A stretch of DNA of 63,883 nt from Gracilinanus agilis (Eukaryota), in NCBI RefSeq assembly GCF_016433145.1, contig NC_058133.1, positions 209,220,912 through 209,284,794 on the forward strand, read 5' to 3'. The position numbers and the translations under genes are program-made. Below, one piece after another: positions 62,601 through 63,883 of the stretch. How positions within the stretch are numbered: position 1 is the stretch's first letter; each line of letters starts with the position of its first letter. The notes under the pieces are model-generated. The model saw only the letters and a list, made by a program, of their open reading frames with translations, was not told the origin of the DNA and ran no database searches.

Positions 62601-63616
62601 AATAATTAACTAGCAGCTGTGTGTTCTTGGAAAAATTACTTCTCTGGATCTTAATTTCCCCACCTATAAAAATGAGGGAATTAGACTAGATATTTAAGGT
62701 TCCTTTTAAATATAGATTCTATGGCCCTAACCTGCTTTCTTCCAGGAGCTTTATGATCAGTGTGAAACCAAGAGGAGAACATTGTTCAAATTGGCCAGTG
62801 AGACTGAAGACAATGATAGCAGTTTAGGTGAGTGAGAAGGGAGGGATGGTCAACAGAGAACCCCAGGAGTTTGGATGTTCATAAGGGAGATATTAACTCT
62901 GGTCTTCTCTTCCCTACTCTAGGAGACATCCTGCAAGCCAGTGACAATCTTTCACGGGTTATCAACTCCTATAAAAAAATTATTGAAGGACAGGTCATTA
63001 ATGGTGAGGTGGCTTCCCTAGCCATATCTGTCCCTGAAGGTAAATATTGTGGTCCTCACAATCCTGGTGACTTTTTTCCTCTAGCCCTGCCTTGATTCCT
63101 ATTTCAAATCATCTATGATTTACAAATTGCCATGTGGGATTAGGAGAGCACTCCAATTCATCTGGGATATCCAAAGCCAATGAAAGAACTGAGTAAAAAT
63201 CCTTACTTTTGAGAAATAGAGAGCAATAGTATCAGTGGACCTGTTGGAAAATGGCTTTTCTATCCCTGCTACTTTTCCCTATTATCTCTGCAGGCCTGCA
63301 CTAGTATGAGTCTGGGCTCTGCAAACAGCCTTAGAGTTCTGTTATACCCTCTAACCATCTTCACCACCATTTTCTCCTCCTCATTTAGGAAGCAACACCT
63401 CCAGTAACCTCAACACCCTCATTGATCTTGCTGAACTGGACATATCCAGCAGCCCGCCCCTGGTGCTGGCTCCACAACCTGCCCCCCCCTCCTCAGACAT
63501 CCCTATCCTTCCACCCCCTCCACGAAGCTGCTCATCTAGTCAGACCGAAGCCTCCCCTGGGGCCAGCAGTGTGACCAACTCCCTCTCCTTGTTGGATGAA
63601 GAGCTGTTGTGCTTAG
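41307..63616 (+). CDS. GGA3: ADP-ribosylation factor-binding protein GGA3, partial (exons 1-11: VHS, GAT and start of hinge); 3' exons lie beyond the window
   Basis: join(41307-41346,53607-53691,54012-54087,56191-56289,56998-57121,57667-57770,58121-58201,59595-59732,62746-62827,62923-63039,63389-63616) is one open frame: MAEAEGESLESWLNKATNPSNRQEDWEYIIGFCDQINKELEG...DEELLCLG. Confidence 0.97.
41620..41845 (+). repeat. Degenerate minisatellite (catcccagggacacacatac-like, about 7 units)
   Basis: Recurring (c/t)atcc(c/t)aggga(c/t)aca motif separated by CA-rich spacers. Confidence 0.55.
44130..46340 (+). mobile_element. Fossil RTE-clade LINE (RT and C-terminus), split by an LTR
   Basis: NYEK-AFDSIE RT motif near 44522-44550; AGHVSRARDDKWT...HWY near 46165-46230, a typical RTE C-terminus. 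Confidence 0.75.
44629..45505 (-). mobile_element. Solo LTR (~877 bp) with 4-bp TSD TATA, antisense in GGA3 intron 1
   Basis: T(A)TAAAGG...TTTCACA flanked by TATA; minus-strand AATAAA (plus 44707-44712). Confidence 0.75.
48630..48656 (+). repeat. (AAGC)n microsatellite
   Basis: aagcaagcaagcaagcaagcaaac. Confidence 0.8.
48790..50900 (-). mobile_element. Older L1 5' / ORF1 fragment hosting a younger L1
   Basis: T-rich ORF1-type minus-strand sequence on both sides of the insert at 48938-50060. Confidence 0.65.
48938..50060 (-). mobile_element. 5'-truncated L1 (ORF2 C-terminus, 3' UTR, poly-A) with 21-22 bp TSD
   Basis: KTTLRYHFTPSRLAKM...CWRGCGKIGTLMHCWW; poly-T at 48938; TSD aatatagtcag(g)ttttg(t/c)tggg. 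Confidence 0.92.
51410..51890 (-). mobile_element. L1 3' fragment
   Basis: Paralogous to 49050-49540; RGCPLIGEWLNKLWYLLVKEYYCAQR. Confidence 0.85.
52090..53110 (-). mobile_element. L1 3' UTR / ORF2 end fragment
   Basis: KIFIAVLFVVTKNWKLKGCLSIGEWVNKL. Confidence 0.85.
53607..53691 (+). CDS. GGA3: GGA3 exon 2 (VHS)
   Basis: acaaag|AT, KATNPSNRQEDWEYIIGFCDQINKELEG, AGG|GTAAGT; 85 nt. Confidence 0.95.
53713..53883. mobile_element. Non-autonomous hAT DNA transposon, 171 bp, 21 nt after the GGA3 exon 2 donor
   Basis: Same TIRs as 15363-15553; TSD CTATAGAC/CTATAGAG. Confidence 0.9.
54012..54087 (+). CDS. GGA3: GGA3 exon 3 (VHS)
   Basis: ttctcag|G, PQIAVRLLAHKIQSPQEWEAIQALT, ACG|GTAGGT; 76 nt. 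Confidence 0.95.
55745..55925 (+). mobile_element. SINE1_Mdo-like
   Basis: gggcagctgggtagc... head, CORE and A-tail. Confidence 0.8.
56191..56289 (+). CDS. GGA3: GGA3 exon 4 (VHS, 99 nt, symmetric phase 0)
   Basis: ccatag|GTG, VLEACMKNCGRRFHNEVGKFRFLNELIKVVSPK, AAG|GTCAGT. Confidence 0.95.
56998..57121 (+). CDS. GGA3: GGA3 exon 5
   Basis: atctcag|TAC, YLGDRISEKVKTKVIELLYSWTVALPEESKIKDAYQMLKRQ, AGG|GTGAGT; 124 nt. Confidence 0.95.
57667..57770 (+). CDS. GGA3: GGA3 exon 6
   Basis: tttcag|GG, IVQSDPLIPMDRTLIPSPPPRPKNPVFDDEEKSK, AAG|GTAAGG; 104 nt. Confidence 0.95.
57872..58074 (-). mobile_element. SINE1_Mdo-like with 14-bp TSD in GGA3 intron 6
   Basis: TSD tggaatgtcatttt at 57858-57871 and 58075-58088. 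Confidence 0.88.
58121..58201 (+). CDS. GGA3: GGA3 exon 7 (GAT)
   Basis: ttttatag|CTC, LLAKLLKSKNPDDLQEANKLIKSMVKE, GAG|GTGAGC; 81 nt. Confidence 0.95.
59595..59732 (+). CDS. GGA3: GGA3 exon 8 (GAT)
   Basis: gattcag|GAT, DEARIQKVTKRLHTLEEVNNNVKLLNEML...DKELMK, AAG|GTAATC; 138 nt. Confidence 0.95.
59841..62512 (-). mobile_element. Class I (gamma-like) ERV relic: LTR - PBS-like - gag only, antisense in GGA3 intron 8
   Basis: LTR 62507-61721 (TG..CA, AATAAA at plus 61892-61897); TGG-initiated PBS-like site at 61716; gag with PLREVP, major homology region and CCHC knuckle; 63/65-bp direct repeat at both ends. Confidence 0.85.
59871..61468 (-). pseudogene. Degraded retroviral gag (CA and NC)
   Basis: FPLREVP (61012-61029), FTQADIDSFKKN, WPTKDPEW, KQEVEETPSTFLDRIIDCAKKWIG (60550-60621), CYLCDRRGHLMREC (60172-60213); at least 4 in-frame stops and several frameshifts. 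Confidence 0.85.
62746..62827 (+). CDS. GGA3: GGA3 exon 9 (GAT)
   Basis: cttccag|GAG, ELYDQCETKRRTLFKLASETEDNDSSL, TAG|GTGAGT; 82 nt. Confidence 0.95.
62923..63039 (+). CDS. GGA3: GGA3 exon 10
   Basis: actctag|GA, DILQASDNLSRVINSYKKIIEGQVINGEVASLAISVPE, AAG|GTAAAT; 117 nt. Confidence 0.95.
63389..63616 (+). CDS. GGA3: GGA3 exon 11 (hinge)
   Basis: catttag|GA, SNTSSNLNTLIDLAELD...NSLSLLDEELLCL, TAG|GTAAAA; 228 nt. Confidence 0.93.
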
Positions 63617-63883
63617 GTAAAACCTTTGAGGAGTGTCGAGGTTTAACCTAGGTCAGTGTTGGCGAAGGTTTTCAAGTTCACATGCCCAAACTGCCTGTGA
63701 GCCTCTTCCTCCCCTTCTTCCCCTCCCCCTGCCCCCCCAACTACCAGAGAATGAGGTGGCTGGACAGAGGGACATGCAAAAAAATGGTCTTGGGTGCTAG
63801 GAAGAGGGGGAATGGGAGCAGCTCCCCCCCCCCAAAAAAAAAAAAAAAAACAGCATACATGCCAGTACTTCGACAATGCTGAC

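Noticed and set aside
63643-63882. ORFs at the window end containing poly-Gly/Phe/Lys
   Set aside because: They come from homopolymer runs (C10, A16) in GGA3 intron 11; exon 12 is not yet reached.

Overview
Eukaryotic (marsupial) genomic DNA. The SINE1_Mdo-like, MIR, L2, RTE and L1 repeats point to a didelphid, probably Monodelphis domestica (inferred from recalled repeat consensus, not searched). It is the syntenic block SLC25A19(+) - MIF4GD(+) - MRPS7(-) - GGA3(+, running off the right end after exon 11). The first three CDSs were reconstructed in full with GT-AG splice sites and consistent phases (325, 222 and 243 aa). Four CpG-island promoters are visible. The rest is largely nested transposable elements: SINEs, L1, L2, RTE, several antisense LTRs, two hAT MITEs, two mariner-like mini-hairpins and a gag-only ERV relic in GGA3 intron 8. 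I see no tRNA, rRNA, snoRNA or CRISPR feature and no proven new system. The best leads are (1) the LTR-PBS-gag element, with a hydrophobic N-terminus, an Asn/Gly/Phe-rich tail and a 63-65 bp terminal direct repeat; (2) the MRPS7/GGA3 head-to-head promoter split by 2.7 kb, with a TCTCGCGA motif in each half and an LTR between them; (3) a young-looking hAT MITE pair; (4) splice donors inside the R region of antisense LTRs; (5) uORFs and a weak, G-run-supported donor in MIF4GD. Comparisons to human orthologues are from memory and need checking. TE boundaries without a stated target-site duplication (TSD) are approximate.
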